Assembly (NCBI GenBank): GCA_035325905.1
Contig: DAOKYY010000003.1
Coordinates: forward strand, 15,936 to 79,935
DNA: 64,000 bases
Direction of reading: 5' to 3'
Source of the DNA: Aggregatilineaceae bacterium
GTDB taxonomy: Bacteria > Chloroflexota > Anaerolineae > Aggregatilineales > Aggregatilineaceae
Shown here: in pieces, positions 23,985-33,386 of the stretch
Numbering within the stretch: position 1 is the first letter of the stretch
Layout of the letters: each line of letters opens with the position of its first letter
Program-made: the position numbers and the translations under genes
The notes under the pieces: generated by a model
Databases searched by the model: none
What the model was told of the DNA's origin: nothing
What the model saw: the letters and a program-made list of their open reading frames with translations, nothing else

Positions 23985-26230
23985 CGTGTCTCCTCCTGTT
24001 TCGTCCCGGCCAGCTCCGGCTCGATTAGCAGCGGCAGGCGCACGCGGACAGTCGTTCCCTGCTCCGGCGCGCTTTCGAGCGCGACGGTGCCGTGGTGCGA
24101 CCGGATGATCGTCTGCACCAGGCTGAGGCCCAGGCCCGACCCGCCAAGCGGCCCGGTGCCGGAGCGTTTTCCGCGATAGAACCGGTCGAAGACGCGCGGA
24201 AGCTCCTCCGGCGCGATCCCGATCCCGGTGTCCACGATCACGATCTCGGCGCACCGCCCGGCTGTCTGCGCCTGAACGGTGACGCTCCCCCCCGGCGGCG
24301 TAAACTTGAGCGCGTTATCGACCAGGTTGGCGAACGCCTGCCCAAGCTGCTGCGCGTCGCCCAGCACCGGCGGAATCGGCTCCGGCACCTCCAGCCGCAG
24401 CGTCAGCCGCTTGGTGTGCGCCTGGCTGCCCATCTCGAGCACGACGCGCCGCAGGATTTCGTCCAGAGCGCACGGCTCCAGCGCGGGCGCGCCGGACTGC
24501 GCACGCTCCAGATTGAGGATGCCGCTGATGATGCGATACATCCGGTTCAGCTGCGTCCAGATGGTGTTGATGTATTCGCGCATGTCGTCGGTGAAGACCG
24601 GCTGGCCGTCCTCGGTCAGCAGCTCCAGGTAGCTCATCGCCGCCTGAAGCGGGTTCTTCAGGTCGTGGCTGGTCATCTGGATCATCTGGCTTTTGAGCCG
24701 GTCCAGCTCTTTAAGCTGCGTCACGTCGTTCAGCACGCCGACCCAGCCGGCGGCGCGCGGCTTGTTGATCTCGGCCACGTGGCAGAGGTACGTGCGCCCC
24801 TGCGCGTTTAGCTCGTAGATGAACACGCGCTGGCGGCGCAGGGATCGCAGCGCCTCGCGCAGGTTCGGCGGGAGGAACGCGCGCGGCGCCAGCGCGGTCA
24901 GGGGCTGCCCGGCGGGATCGCTTCCCCCCTGCCCCAGCAAGGCCGTCGCCGCCGGGTTGGCGAACAGCACCCGCAGCCCGCGATCGATCGCGATCACCGG
25001 GTTCTCGGTGCTGGTCAGCACCGTCTCAAGCTGGCTCATCGCGCCTGCCAGATCGGACGACAGCTCGCGCTCCGCCTCGAACAACCGGCTGTTGGTGATC
25101 GCGACCGCCGCCTGCGGACCGAGCAGCTCCAACAAGTGCATGTCGTCGCGGTTGAACAGCCGCCCCTGCCGCCCCTGCGCCACCAATAGCACGCCGACGA
25201 CTTCCCCGCCGAACATCAGCGGCGCGGCGATCACCGCCCCGAACGCTTTGCTGGCCCAGGGCATATCTTGCGAGCCTTGCCACTCGCCGTGATAGTTGTC
25301 CACGCGCCGGCCCCGCCGCTCCAGCGCGACCGTGCCAACGACCGCCTGCCCTAGCGGAATCTCGATGCCCACGTATTGTTCCGGCAGGTTGTGGACCGCT
25401 GCCAGCCGCAGCGCCGAATCGTGTTTCAGGTAGATCGCCCCGCCGTCCGCCTCCAGCAGGCCAACCGCCTGCGCCGTGATGGTGGACAGCGTCTCGGTCA
25501 GCCGCAGGCGGCTGGTGATCGCGATGCCGACATCGCGCACGGCCTCAAGCTGCTTGGCGCGCCCCAGCAGGGGTATCATGATCTGGTGGCGGACGATGGC
25601 GTAGCTCATCAGGAGCACGGCTACCGCGCTGACGATTTCCGGCACGCCGAGCGTGCGGAAGCGCGGGCTGAGCAGGCTGAATAGCTGCGCGACGGAGAAC
25701 AGCAGCACGCCGCTCACCAGCGCGGGCGCGCGCACCCGCCGCCGGTTGCCCCAGATCACCGCGATCGTCGCGAGCAGAAAGGTCAGGTAGAGCGCGATGC
25801 TCGGCGTGTCAAACCGGTACAAGAGCGCGCCGCCCGGCTCGACCTGGTACGCGCGCGGCGCGCCGGACAGCCATAGCAGAAGCTGCGTGCTGAAGACCAG
25901 CGCCAGCCCAACCAGCGCGATCGTGCGGAACCAGCGCGCCCGCACGCCGCCGGCCACCGCGCTGTAGGTGTAGAGCGTCAGCGTGGACGCGCTGAAGCCC
26001 ATGTCGAGCAGGCGCAGCCCGGCCTGGATCGTCCCTGGCCCGGCGTTGACATAGGCCGCCGCGCGGCTCAGCAGCGAGCCAGACGCCCAGATCAGCGCCG
26101 AGAACAGGAACAGCGCGAAATAGCGGTTGGCGGTGCTGTTCGGGTCCTGCCACAGGACGAGGATCAGCAGGCCGAGCGCCAGGGCCAGCGTCAGACCGTT
26201 AAACAGCAGCGCGAGATTGTTGGCGATCAT
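23981..26230 (-). CDS. Sensor histidine kinase: 7TM N-terminal module - GAF - PAS - HisKA - HATPase
   Basis: Seven N-terminal hydrophobic helices. H-box MTSHDLKNPLQ. N-box NLVDNALKFT. G-boxes DTGIGI and GSGLGLSLV. Its stop overlaps the downstream ATG (ATGA). Confidence 0.85.
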   Translation of the reverse strand: MIANNLALLFNGLTLALALGLLILVLWQDPNSTANRYFALFLFSALIWASGSLLSRAAAYVNAGPGTIQAGLRLLDMGFSASTLTLYTYSAVAGGVRARWFRTIALVGLALVFSTQLLLWLSGAPRAYQVEPGGALLYRFDTPSIALYLTFLLATIAVIWGNRRRVRAPALVSGVLLFSVAQLFSLLSPRFRTLGVPEIVSAVAVLLMSYAIVRHQIMIPLLGRAKQLEAVRDVGIAITSRLRLTETLSTITAQAVGLLEADGGAIYLKHDSALRLAAVHNLPEQYVGIEIPLGQAVVGTVALERRGRRVDNYHGEWQGSQDMPWASKAFGAVIAAPLMFGGEVVGVLLVAQGRQGRLFNRDDMHLLELLGPQAAVAITNSRLFEAERELSSDLAGAMSQLETVLTSTENPVIAIDRGLRVLFANPAATALLGQGGSDPAGQPLTALAPRAFLPPNLREALRSLRRQRVFIYELNAQGRTYLCHVAEINKPRAAGWVGVLNDVTQLKELDRLKSQMIQMTSHDLKNPLQAAMSYLELLTEDGQPVFTDDMREYINTIWTQLNRMYRIISGILNLERAQSGAPALEPCALDEILRRVVLEMGSQAHTKRLTLRLEVPEPIPPVLGDAQQLGQAFANLVDNALKFTPPGGSVTVQAQTAGRCAEIVIVDTGIGIAPEELPRVFDRFYRGKRSGTGPLGGSGLGLSLVQTIIRSHHGTVALESAPEQGTTVRVRLPLLIEPELAGTKQEETR

Positions 26231-26266
26231 CGGCGGGCGCCTGCGCGATCGGGCCGCGCGACCGGG

Positions 26267-26965
26267 CTAGCGGTTGGGCTGCTTCTCGAAGCGGTAGCCG
26301 ACGCGGTGCTCGGTCAGGATGTAGATCGGGTTGGCCGGGTCCGGCTCGATTTTGCGCCGGAGCTGGCTGATATAAACGCGGGGGTAATACACGTCGTCGG
26401 CGTACTCTGGCCCCCAGACCTGCTCCAGCAGCTCGCGCTGGGGCACGACGCGGCCCGCGTATTCGTGCAGCACGGCCAGCAGCTTGAACTCGGTGGGCGT
26501 CAGATGGACCTTCTGATTGTCCACGAACACGTGGCGGCGCTGAAGGTCGATGCACAGGTAGCCGTCGTTATAGCCGGACTCGGCCTCGGCGGCGGTCATC
26601 TGGGCGCGGCGCAGCAACGCCTGGACCCGCGCGACGAACTCGTTGAGACGCACGGGCTTGACCAGGTACTCGTCCGCGCCCGCGTTCAGCCCCTCGACGA
26701 TGTCATTCTCGGTGATAGCCTGCGCCGAGAGCATCATGACCGGCGTCTCGGCCACCTCGCGGATGCGCTGGCAGACCGTCAAGCCGTCCATCTCCGGCAT
26801 CACGATGTCGAGAATGACCAGATCGGGCCGCTCGGCGTGGAAGGCGCGCAACCCTTCGAGGCCGCTCCCGGCCAGCGCCACCTGAAACCCTTCGCGCTGG
26901 AGCTTGCGCCCCAGGGCGTCGCGAATCGCGAGTTCGTCGTCAACCAGCAGGACTTTCGCGGGCAT
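26267..26965 (-). CDS. OmpR/PhoB-family response regulator
   Basis: MPAKVLLVDDE...DLVILDIVMPEMDG receiver plus a C-terminal winged helix ending HRVGYRF. True ATG at 26963..26965. Confidence 0.9.
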   Translation of the reverse strand: MPAKVLLVDDELAIRDALGRKLQREGFQVALAGSGLEGLRAFHAERPDLVILDIVMPEMDGLTVCQRIREVAETPVMMLSAQAITENDIVEGLNAGADEYLVKPVRLNEFVARVQALLRRAQMTAAEAESGYNDGYLCIDLQRRHVFVDNQKVHLTPTEFKLLAVLHEYAGRVVPQRELLEQVWGPEYADDVYYPRVYISQLRRKIEPDPANPIYILTEHRVGYRFEKQPNR

Positions 26966-26997
26966 GGTTCCCCCCACCCTCTCTCTCACCTGGTCGA

Positions 26998-27933
26998 TTA
27001 CTCCGTCGATTGAGCGCGCAAGAGGCGCTCCACCTCGGCGGCGGTCGGCAGCGAGGGCTGCGCGCCCAGCTTGGTCGCGGTCAGCGCGCCGCACGCGCTG
27101 GCGTAGCGCACGGCGTCGGCCAGCCGGGTTTCGCCCCGCGCCAGGGCGACCGCCAGCCCGGCGGTGAATGAGTCTCCGGCGGCAGTGGTGTCGACCGCGT
27201 TGACTCTAAACGCCGGGACGCGCGTCCAGCCGCCTGGGTCGGCGGCGAGCGCGCCTTCCGCGCCGAGCGTGATCACCGCCGACGGCGGCCCCAGCTTGAG
27301 CGCCGTGCGCGCCAGGTCGTCGTCGGACATGGCCTGCACGGCCTCGGCGGACAGGCGCATCATCTGCGCCAGCTCGATCCGGTTGGGCGTGATGATGTCC
27401 ACTTCGTCCAGCAGCGCGTCCGGGAGCTGCTGCGCGGGCGCGGGATTGAGCACGACGCGCAGGTCGTGCTTGTGCGCCAGGCGCGCCGCCGCAATGCTGG
27501 TTTCCAGCGGCACCTCAAGCTGAAGCACCAGGATATCGGCGCCCCCGAAGGCAGGCTCGGCGGCGGCGACATCGCCGGGCGTCAGCGCCATGTTCGCGCC
27601 GGAGGCTACGATGATCGTGTTCTCGCCGCCGGTGGCGACGGCGATCAGGGCGATGCCGGTCGCGGTGTCCGGCGTGACGCCGATGTATTGCGTGTCGATG
27701 CGCTCTTTCTGGTACGCCGCCAGGCACTGCTGCCCGAACGCGTCGTCTCCGACCCGCGCCACGAACGTCACCGCCGCGCCCAGCCGGGCCGCGCCGACCG
27801 CCTGATTGGCGCCCTTGCCGCCCATCGCGGTCAGAAACTGGCCGCCGAGCACCGTTTCGCCCGGCTGCGGCAAATGCGGGGTCTGAATCACCAGATCGAC
27901 ATTGGCGCTGCCCACCACGACAATACGGGCCAT
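26998..27933 (-). CDS. rbsK: Ribokinase (PfkB family)
   Basis: MARIVVVGSANVDLV, GGKGANQAV and DTTAAGDSFTAG motifs. True ATG at 27931..27933. Confidence 0.8.
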   Translation of the reverse strand: MARIVVVGSANVDLVIQTPHLPQPGETVLGGQFLTAMGGKGANQAVGAARLGAAVTFVARVGDDAFGQQCLAAYQKERIDTQYIGVTPDTATGIALIAVATGGENTIIVASGANMALTPGDVAAAEPAFGGADILVLQLEVPLETSIAAARLAHKHDLRVVLNPAPAQQLPDALLDEVDIITPNRIELAQMMRLSAEAVQAMSDDDLARTALKLGPPSAVITLGAEGALAADPGGWTRVPAFRVNAVDTTAAGDSFTAGLAVALARGETRLADAVRYASACGALTATKLGAQPSLPTAAEVERLLRAQSTE

Positions 27934-28092
27934 GAGATCGATACCTCGCTCGCGGAAGATGAACCCAACCCGGCGGCAGGCGCGCCGCCCACCCCTTAAT
28001 CTTACTCGATTCCCCGGTTCGCGCATCTCACACCACGAAAAGGGCGACCCCAAAGGATCGCCCTCTCCATACACGCTGAAATGCGGTTGCAA

Positions 28093-30849
28093 CTATTGGA
28101 CCGGTTGCTCGCCGCCCACCGAGGCTTTGAGCAGGTTGCGCAGAACGGTGTGCAGGATGCCCCCGTTGCGATAATAGCTGACCTCGACCGCTGTATCGAG
28201 CCGGCTGCGGACCTGGAACGTCTTCACCGAGCCATCGCGTGCTGTGGCGCGGACCGTGATTTCCTGGCCGGGGCGCAAAACGGGAGGAATCTCGATACTG
28301 TACGTCTCGCGCCCGGTCAGGCCAAGATCGTCGCAGGTGGCGCCGGGCATGAACTGGAGCGGCAGGACGCCCATCCCGATCAGGTTGCTGCGGTGGATGC
28401 GCTCGAAGCTCTCGGCGATCACTGCCCGCACGCCGAGCAGCAACGCGCCCTTCGCCGCCCAGTCGCGCGAGCTGCCGGAGCCGTATTCCTTGCCCGCGAT
28501 CACGATCAGCGGCGTGCCTTCGGCCTTATACCGTTCGGCGGCGTCGAACACGCTCATCTGCTCGCCACTCGGCAGGTGGACGGTCACGCCGCCTTCGGTG
28601 CCGGGCAGCAGCAGGTTTTTGATGCGGATGTTGGCGAAGGTGCCGCGCACCATCACCCGGTCGTTGCCGCGCCGCGAGCCATACGAGTTGAAGTCACGCG
28701 GCTCGACGCCGCGCTCCATCAGGTAGCGCGCCGCCGGGCTGTTGAGCGCGATCGACCCCGCCGGCGAGATGTGGTCGGTCGTGACCGAGTCGCCGAGCAT
28801 GATCAGGACGCGCGCGCCTTCAATCGGCTGCGGGGCGCTGGCGTCCGGCGCCAGATCGACGAAGAACGGCGGCTCCTGGATGTAAGTCGAGTTCGGGTCC
28901 CAGGGGTAGACCTCGCTGCCCGTCAGCGGGATCGCGTTCCAGGTCTCGTTGCCGTCGTAGACGTTGCCGTACTGCTCGTGGAACATCTCCGGCTTCAGCG
29001 CCGTGGCGATGGTGTCCGCGATCTCGCGCTGGCTCGGCCAGATGTCGCGCAGATACACATCGTTACCGTCGCGGTCCTGGCCGAGCGGCTCGTTGACCAG
29101 ATCGATGTCGACCGTACCGGCGATCGCATAGGCCACGACCAGCGGCGGCGACGCGAGATAGTTCGCCTGGACGTGCGGGTTGATCCGGCCCTCGAAGTTG
29201 CGGTTGCCGCTCAGCACGCCCGCCGCGACCAGGTTCGCCTGCTCGATCGCCTGCGTGACATGTTCCGGCAGCGGGCCGCTGTTGCCGATGCAGGTCGTGC
29301 AGCCGTAGCCCACGACGTAGAAGCCCAGCGCCTCTAGATACGGCATCAGCCCGGCGGCGGTCAAATAGCTGGTCACGACCTTCGACCCCGGCGCGAGGCT
29401 GGTCTTGACGTAAGGGGCGACGCTCAGCCCGCGCTCAACCGCTTTCTTCGCCAGCAGCCCGGCGCCGACCATGACCGATGGGTTCGAGGTGTTGGTGCAG
29501 CTTGTGATCGCCGCAATCGCGACCGCGCCATGTGTCAGCTCGATCTCCTCCTGGTACCCGTTCCGTCCGGCCTGGATCGTGGCGCGGCGTCCGAGACGGT
29601 CTTTCTCCAGCGCGTAGCCCCGCTCGCTGGTCGGCGCGGTCAGCGCGCGCCGGAACGCGTCCTTGACCTCGCCCAGCTCCACCCGGTCCTGCGGGCGCTT
29701 GGGACCGGCCAGGCTCGGCTTCACGGTGCTCATATCCAGTTCCAGCGTATCGGAGAACAGCGGGTCGGGTGTGTCGTCGGTGCGGAACAACCCTTGCAGC
29801 CGCATGTACTGCTCGACCAGCTCGACCAGTTGCGGGTCGCGCCCCGTGTAGCGCAGGTAGCGCATCGACTCGGCGTCCATCGGGAAGAAGCCCATCGTCG
29901 CGCCGTATTCAGGCGCCATGTTGCCAATCGTGGCGCGATCCGCCAACCCCAGCGAGCTAAGGCCAGGGCCGTAGAACTCGACAAACTTGCCGACCACGCC
30001 TTTCTTGCGCAGCATCTGGGTCACGACGAGGACCAGGTCGGTCGCGGTAGACCCTTCCGGCAGCCGGTTGGTGAGCTTGAACCCGATCACCTCCGGCATG
30101 ACCATGTAAATCGGCTGGTCGAGCATGACGGCTTCGGCTTCGATCCCGCCGACGCCCCAGCCGACAATCCCCAGGCCGTTGATCATGGTCGTGTGCGAGT
30201 CGGTGCCGACCAGGCTGTCGGGGTAGACCACCGTCCCGGCGCCGTCCTGAGCGGTCATCACACCGCGCGCCAGGAACTCAAGGTTTACCTGGTGCACAAT
30301 GCCGGTCGCAGGAGGGACGACGCTGAAGTTATTAAAAGCGCCCTGCCCCCAGCGCAGGAACTCGTACCGCTCGCGGTTGCGCTCGAACTCGCGCTCGGCG
30401 TTAATCAGCAGCGCGGCTTCCGAGCCGAAAACATCCACCTGCACGGAGTGGTCAATGACGAGATCGACCGGGATCGACGGCTGGATCAGGCTGGGATCGC
30501 CGCCCATGCGCTGCATGGCCGAGCGCAGCGCGGCAAGATCGACCAGCGAGGGAACGCCGGTAAAGTCCTGCAAAATCACGCGCGCCGGTTTGAAGGGAAT
30601 CTCCTGCACCTCGTCCATCTGGGGCGACCATTGCGCCAGGCGCATCACGTCGGCGTCGGTGATCTCGAACCCGTTGTTGTTGCGCAGCGCGGCTTCGAGC
30701 AGGACTCTGATCGAGAATGGCAGGCGCGAAACCTGCCCGATCCCCTGCTCCTCCAGCGCCGCGAGCCGGTAGTAATGCACCTGGCCGGTGGGACCCTCAA
30801 AGCTGGCACGCGCGCCAAAACTATCGTGGGGAGTGAGCTTGCTCATCAT
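28093..30849 (-). CDS. acnA: Aconitate hydratase A
   Basis: 918 aa. Fe-S ligand contexts [12 protein letters not shown] and [11 protein letters not shown]-terminal [15 protein letters not shown]. Confidence 0.95.
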   Translation of the reverse strand: MMSKLTPHDSFGARASFEGPTGQVHYYRLAALEEQGIGQVSRLPFSIRVLLEAALRNNNGFEITDADVMRLAQWSPQMDEVQEIPFKPARVILQDFTGVPSLVDLAALRSAMQRMGGDPSLIQPSIPVDLVIDHSVQVDVFGSEAALLINAEREFERNRERYEFLRWGQGAFNNFSVVPPATGIVHQVNLEFLARGVMTAQDGAGTVVYPDSLVGTDSHTTMINGLGIVGWGVGGIEAEAVMLDQPIYMVMPEVIGFKLTNRLPEGSTATDLVLVVTQMLRKKGVVGKFVEFYGPGLSSLGLADRATIGNMAPEYGATMGFFPMDAESMRYLRYTGRDPQLVELVEQYMRLQGLFRTDDTPDPLFSDTLELDMSTVKPSLAGPKRPQDRVELGEVKDAFRRALTAPTSERGYALEKDRLGRRATIQAGRNGYQEEIELTHGAVAIAAITSCTNTSNPSVMVGAGLLAKKAVERGLSVAPYVKTSLAPGSKVVTSYLTAAGLMPYLEALGFYVVGYGCTTCIGNSGPLPEHVTQAIEQANLVAAGVLSGNRNFEGRINPHVQANYLASPPLVVAYAIAGTVDIDLVNEPLGQDRDGNDVYLRDIWPSQREIADTIATALKPEMFHEQYGNVYDGNETWNAIPLTGSEVYPWDPNSTYIQEPPFFVDLAPDASAPQPIEGARVLIMLGDSVTTDHISPAGSIALNSPAARYLMERGVEPRDFNSYGSRRGNDRVMVRGTFANIRIKNLLLPGTEGGVTVHLPSGEQMSVFDAAERYKAEGTPLIVIAGKEYGSGSSRDWAAKGALLLGVRAVIAESFERIHRSNLIGMGVLPLQFMPGATCDDLGLTGRETYSIEIPPVLRPGQEITVRATARDGSVKTFQVRSRLDTAVEVSYYRNGGILHTVLRNLLKASVGGEQPVQ

Positions 30850-30947
30850 GATCCTTTCTGTTCGCCTATCGCGGGCCGGAAACGTGGGAGCGCGTCCTGC
30901 GGCGGAAACCCCCTCGGACGAGAGGATCGAAGATAAAGTTGTTCAAT

Positions 30948-30956
30948 ATTATACCA
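30948..30956 (-). promoter_or_regulatory. Extended -10 element TGGTATAAT upstream of acnA
   Basis: The reverse complement of 30948..30956 is TGGTATAAT, about 100 nt upstream of the acnA ATG. Confidence 0.45.
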
Positions 30957-31031
30957 ATTCTCTCGCGAAGCGGCAGGCGACCCGGCCTTACAGGACAGGG
31001 CTTTTGCAAAGTCAGCATAGCGAGGCGCAGC

Positions 31032-31060
31032 CTTGCGACTTAGCCCGCGCTCGCTTATAA
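31032..31060 (+). promoter_or_regulatory. Candidate promoter for the 522-aa ORF (TTGCGA-17-TATAAT)
   Basis: TTGCGA at 31032..31037 and TATAAT at 31055..31060, 17-nt spacer. Confidence 0.5.
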
Positions 31061-31148
31061 TTGTCGTTTGCGGGCCGCCGGGCGTCCGTCAGTGAGTCAC
31101 GCCGCAGCGGTGGCTGGTTGAATGCGTAATAGCGCGTAAGGGAATACA

Positions 31149-32717
31149 TTGCTGCCCTATCAGACCGAAACTGAACAATACTGGACCGAGGACTTCTCGA
31201 TCACGGACGAGGACATCGAGTTCCTGTTCAACGTCTTCCTCGAAGAAGAGAAGCCGCTCTCTAGCCGGGAGATCGCGCGCCGCCTAGTCCAGCACCGCAT
31301 CGAACAAGAAAGCCAGAAACTCCGCCGCCTGATCACGCGCGGCGAGATTTTCCAGCCGCGCAATACCTATCAGGTCGGCCAGGTTCTGGTCTTCCCCAGT
31401 CTGAACTTCCGGGACGGCGAGATCATCGACCAGCGTCCGGGCTTTAACCCGGAGCACGGGGAATTCACCGTGCTGAAGGTGCGGTTCGCGCCGGATAAGA
31501 CGCGCGAGTTCGCCAGCGCGCTCCAGACGCCGCACGCGCTGAATATCGACACGCTCGATGACGCTGCCACGCCTGCGATCGATATCGACGCGGTCTTCGA
31601 GCGGTATGGGGATGATATCGTCTATCTGGTGGAGCAGCGGCTCGAAGAAGAAGACGAAGTCGTTTATTTCGCCGGGCGCTGGTTCCTGCGCTCTCTGCTC
31701 GTCGACATTGGCGTTGCGAACCGCAACCTGGCCGAGGCGGTGCTCGTCGTGCACGACGGCGGGCCGCTGACCACGAGCCAGATCATGCAAGAGCTGGACC
31801 TGCCGGAAGAAGTCAATTCCCGGCTCCAGGCATTCTCGCTCGATTACGCGCTGTTCCACGACGAGCGCTTCGACGAGGTCGGCTCGGCAGGTAAGGTGCT
31901 CTGGTGCCTTAAGGAGCTGGAGCCAAGCGGGGTCACGACTGTCCCGGTTCAGCTGCGCTACGAGCCGATCGAGTACCCGCGTGACCTGCTGAGCGACGAT
32001 CTGCTGGCGCTGGAGCGGGAGATTGACGACGAGCTGTCGAACCTGCGGACGCCGCCGCGCTCGGACGGGCCGGCGATGTTCAGCCTGAATTTCCCGCATC
32101 GCCGGGCCGGCACCCTGCCCTTAAACTCGCAGCTGCGCCAGTTGTTCCCGACGGCCTACGAAGCGCCGCGCATCCTGGTGACGCTGATCGACGGGCAGAC
32201 CGGCGAGGAGTCGAACGGCTGGGTCGTGCGCGAGCATCGCTACGTCTACGGCCTGAGCGATTTTTACCGGCGGCACCAGCTTCCGGTCGGCGTGTATCTG
32301 ACCGTCGAGCGTACCGACGACCCGGCTCGCGTGCGGATCGACTTCCGGGGGCACCGCCCGCGCTCGGAGTGGCTGCGCCTGGCCGTGGTCGGTGAGGACG
32401 GCCGGCTGCGCTTCGACAACCAGAAGCGGATGATCGGCGCCGAATACGACGAGCTGCTGGCGCTGGGCGCGGAAGACCTCAAAGCGGTGGATGCGATGTG
32501 GATGGCGCCCGAACACCCGCGCGAGACGCTTCAGGCGACCGTGCGCCATATGATGGGCGAGCTGGCGCGGCTCAGCCCGCAGCGCACCGTCCACGCCAAG
32601 ACGTTGTACAGCGCCGTGAACATTGTGCGCCGCTGCCCGCCGGGGCCGATTTTCGCGACGCTGGTCGCTTACCCGGAGTTCGCGCATGTCGGCGGCCCGT
32701 ATTGGCGCCTGAGTTGA
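31149..32717 (+). CDS. Conserved-looking hypothetical protein (522 aa) with winged-helix-like modules
   Basis: Long ORF with host-like codon usage. TTG start preceded by AAGGGA. Segments ending ERFDEVGSAGKVLWCLKE and EFAHVGGPYWRLS resemble HARE-HTH-type winged helices; this is a weak call from pattern only. Confidence 0.6.
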   Translation: MLPYQTETEQYWTEDFSITDEDIEFLFNVFLEEEKPLSSREIARRLVQHRIEQESQKLRRLITRGEIFQPRNTYQVGQVLVFPSLNFRDGEIIDQRPGFNPEHGEFTVLKVRFAPDKTREFASALQTPHALNIDTLDDAATPAIDIDAVFERYGDDIVYLVEQRLEEEDEVVYFAGRWFLRSLLVDIGVANRNLAEAVLVVHDGGPLTTSQIMQELDLPEEVNSRLQAFSLDYALFHDERFDEVGSAGKVLWCLKELEPSGVTTVPVQLRYEPIEYPRDLLSDDLLALEREIDDELSNLRTPPRSDGPAMFSLNFPHRRAGTLPLNSQLRQLFPTAYEAPRILVTLIDGQTGEESNGWVVREHRYVYGLSDFYRRHQLPVGVYLTVERTDDPARVRIDFRGHRPRSEWLRLAVVGEDGRLRFDNQKRMIGAEYDELLALGAEDLKAVDAMWMAPEHPRETLQATVRHMMGELARLSPQRTVHAKTLYSAVNIVRRCPPGPIFATLVAYPEFAHVGGPYWRLS

Positions 32718-32742
32718 GCGGCCAACGAGTGAAGGATTTCCC

Positions 32743-33189
32743 GTGACGACGCCCTCTGGCACCGCGAGCAAGCGCATCAAGCCCACCCTGGACACGCGCT
32801 TTCACATCGATTACGACTGGTGGCAGCGTGAAGGTCAGGACCTGCGCGTGTATCTGCTCAGCCACCTGGAGCCGGACCAGCGCCGGTTCTTTTCCGACAA
32901 CCGCGACGTCGAAGAGGTGGACTGGATCGATCCCGTCACCGCCGAGGTGACGCGGGTTGATGCGCTGGACCGAGCGTTGCGCGAGGCGAGCCAGCGTCCC
33001 GACTTCATCGGCCATCGCACGTCGCTGGTCGACGCGGTGTTCCGCGTCTTTCTCGCCAACGGCAACACCCCCCTCACCCCGGTCGAGCTGGGCGAGCGGA
33101 TCGGGCGCGATCCACGCATGATCCTGCGCGCGCTGTCCGGCGCGACAGTGTATAAGGGCCTGCGCCCGGTCGTCGGCGACGGGGACTAG
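32743..33189 (+). CDS. Hypothetical protein (148 aa), co-oriented 25 nt downstream of the 522-aa ORF
   Basis: GTG start with GAAGGA RBS 8 nt upstream. No recognisable motif. Confidence 0.55.
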   Translation: MTTPSGTASKRIKPTLDTRFHIDYDWWQREGQDLRVYLLSHLEPDQRRFFSDNRDVEEVDWIDPVTAEVTRVDALDRALREASQRPDFIGHRTSLVDAVFRVFLANGNTPLTPVELGERIGRDPRMILRALSGATVYKGLRPVVGDGD

Positions 33190-33251
33190 CCGCCGCGCGG
33201 TTCGCGCTTGACGCATTCTGCGCGGGTTCTTACAATTACCTCTCGATAGCA

Positions 33252-33325
33252 GGCCCCTGTAGCTCAGTTGGACAGAGCAACCGCCTTCTAAGCGGGAGGT
33301 CGCGGGTTCGAGTCCCTCCAGGGGC
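33252..33325 (+). tRNA. tRNA-Arg (anticodon TCT)
   Basis: GCCCCTG/CAGGGGC acceptor stem, GCTC/GAGC D stem, CTTCTAA anticodon loop and TTCGAGT T loop. There is one mismatch in the anticodon stem (27:43) and one in the T stem (50:64). Confidence 0.75.
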
Positions 33326-33340
33326 GCACACGAAACAAAA

Positions 33341-33370
33341 CGCCCACCACGCTGGTGGGCGTTCGTTTTT
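33341..33370. terminator. Bidirectional intrinsic terminator (tRNA-Arg / BTAD regulator)
   Basis: GCCCACC-ACGCT-GGTGGGC hairpin followed by GTTCGTTTTTT and preceded by CAAAAC. Confidence 0.8.
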
Positions 33371-33386
33371 TCGGCGCGGCGTCCGC

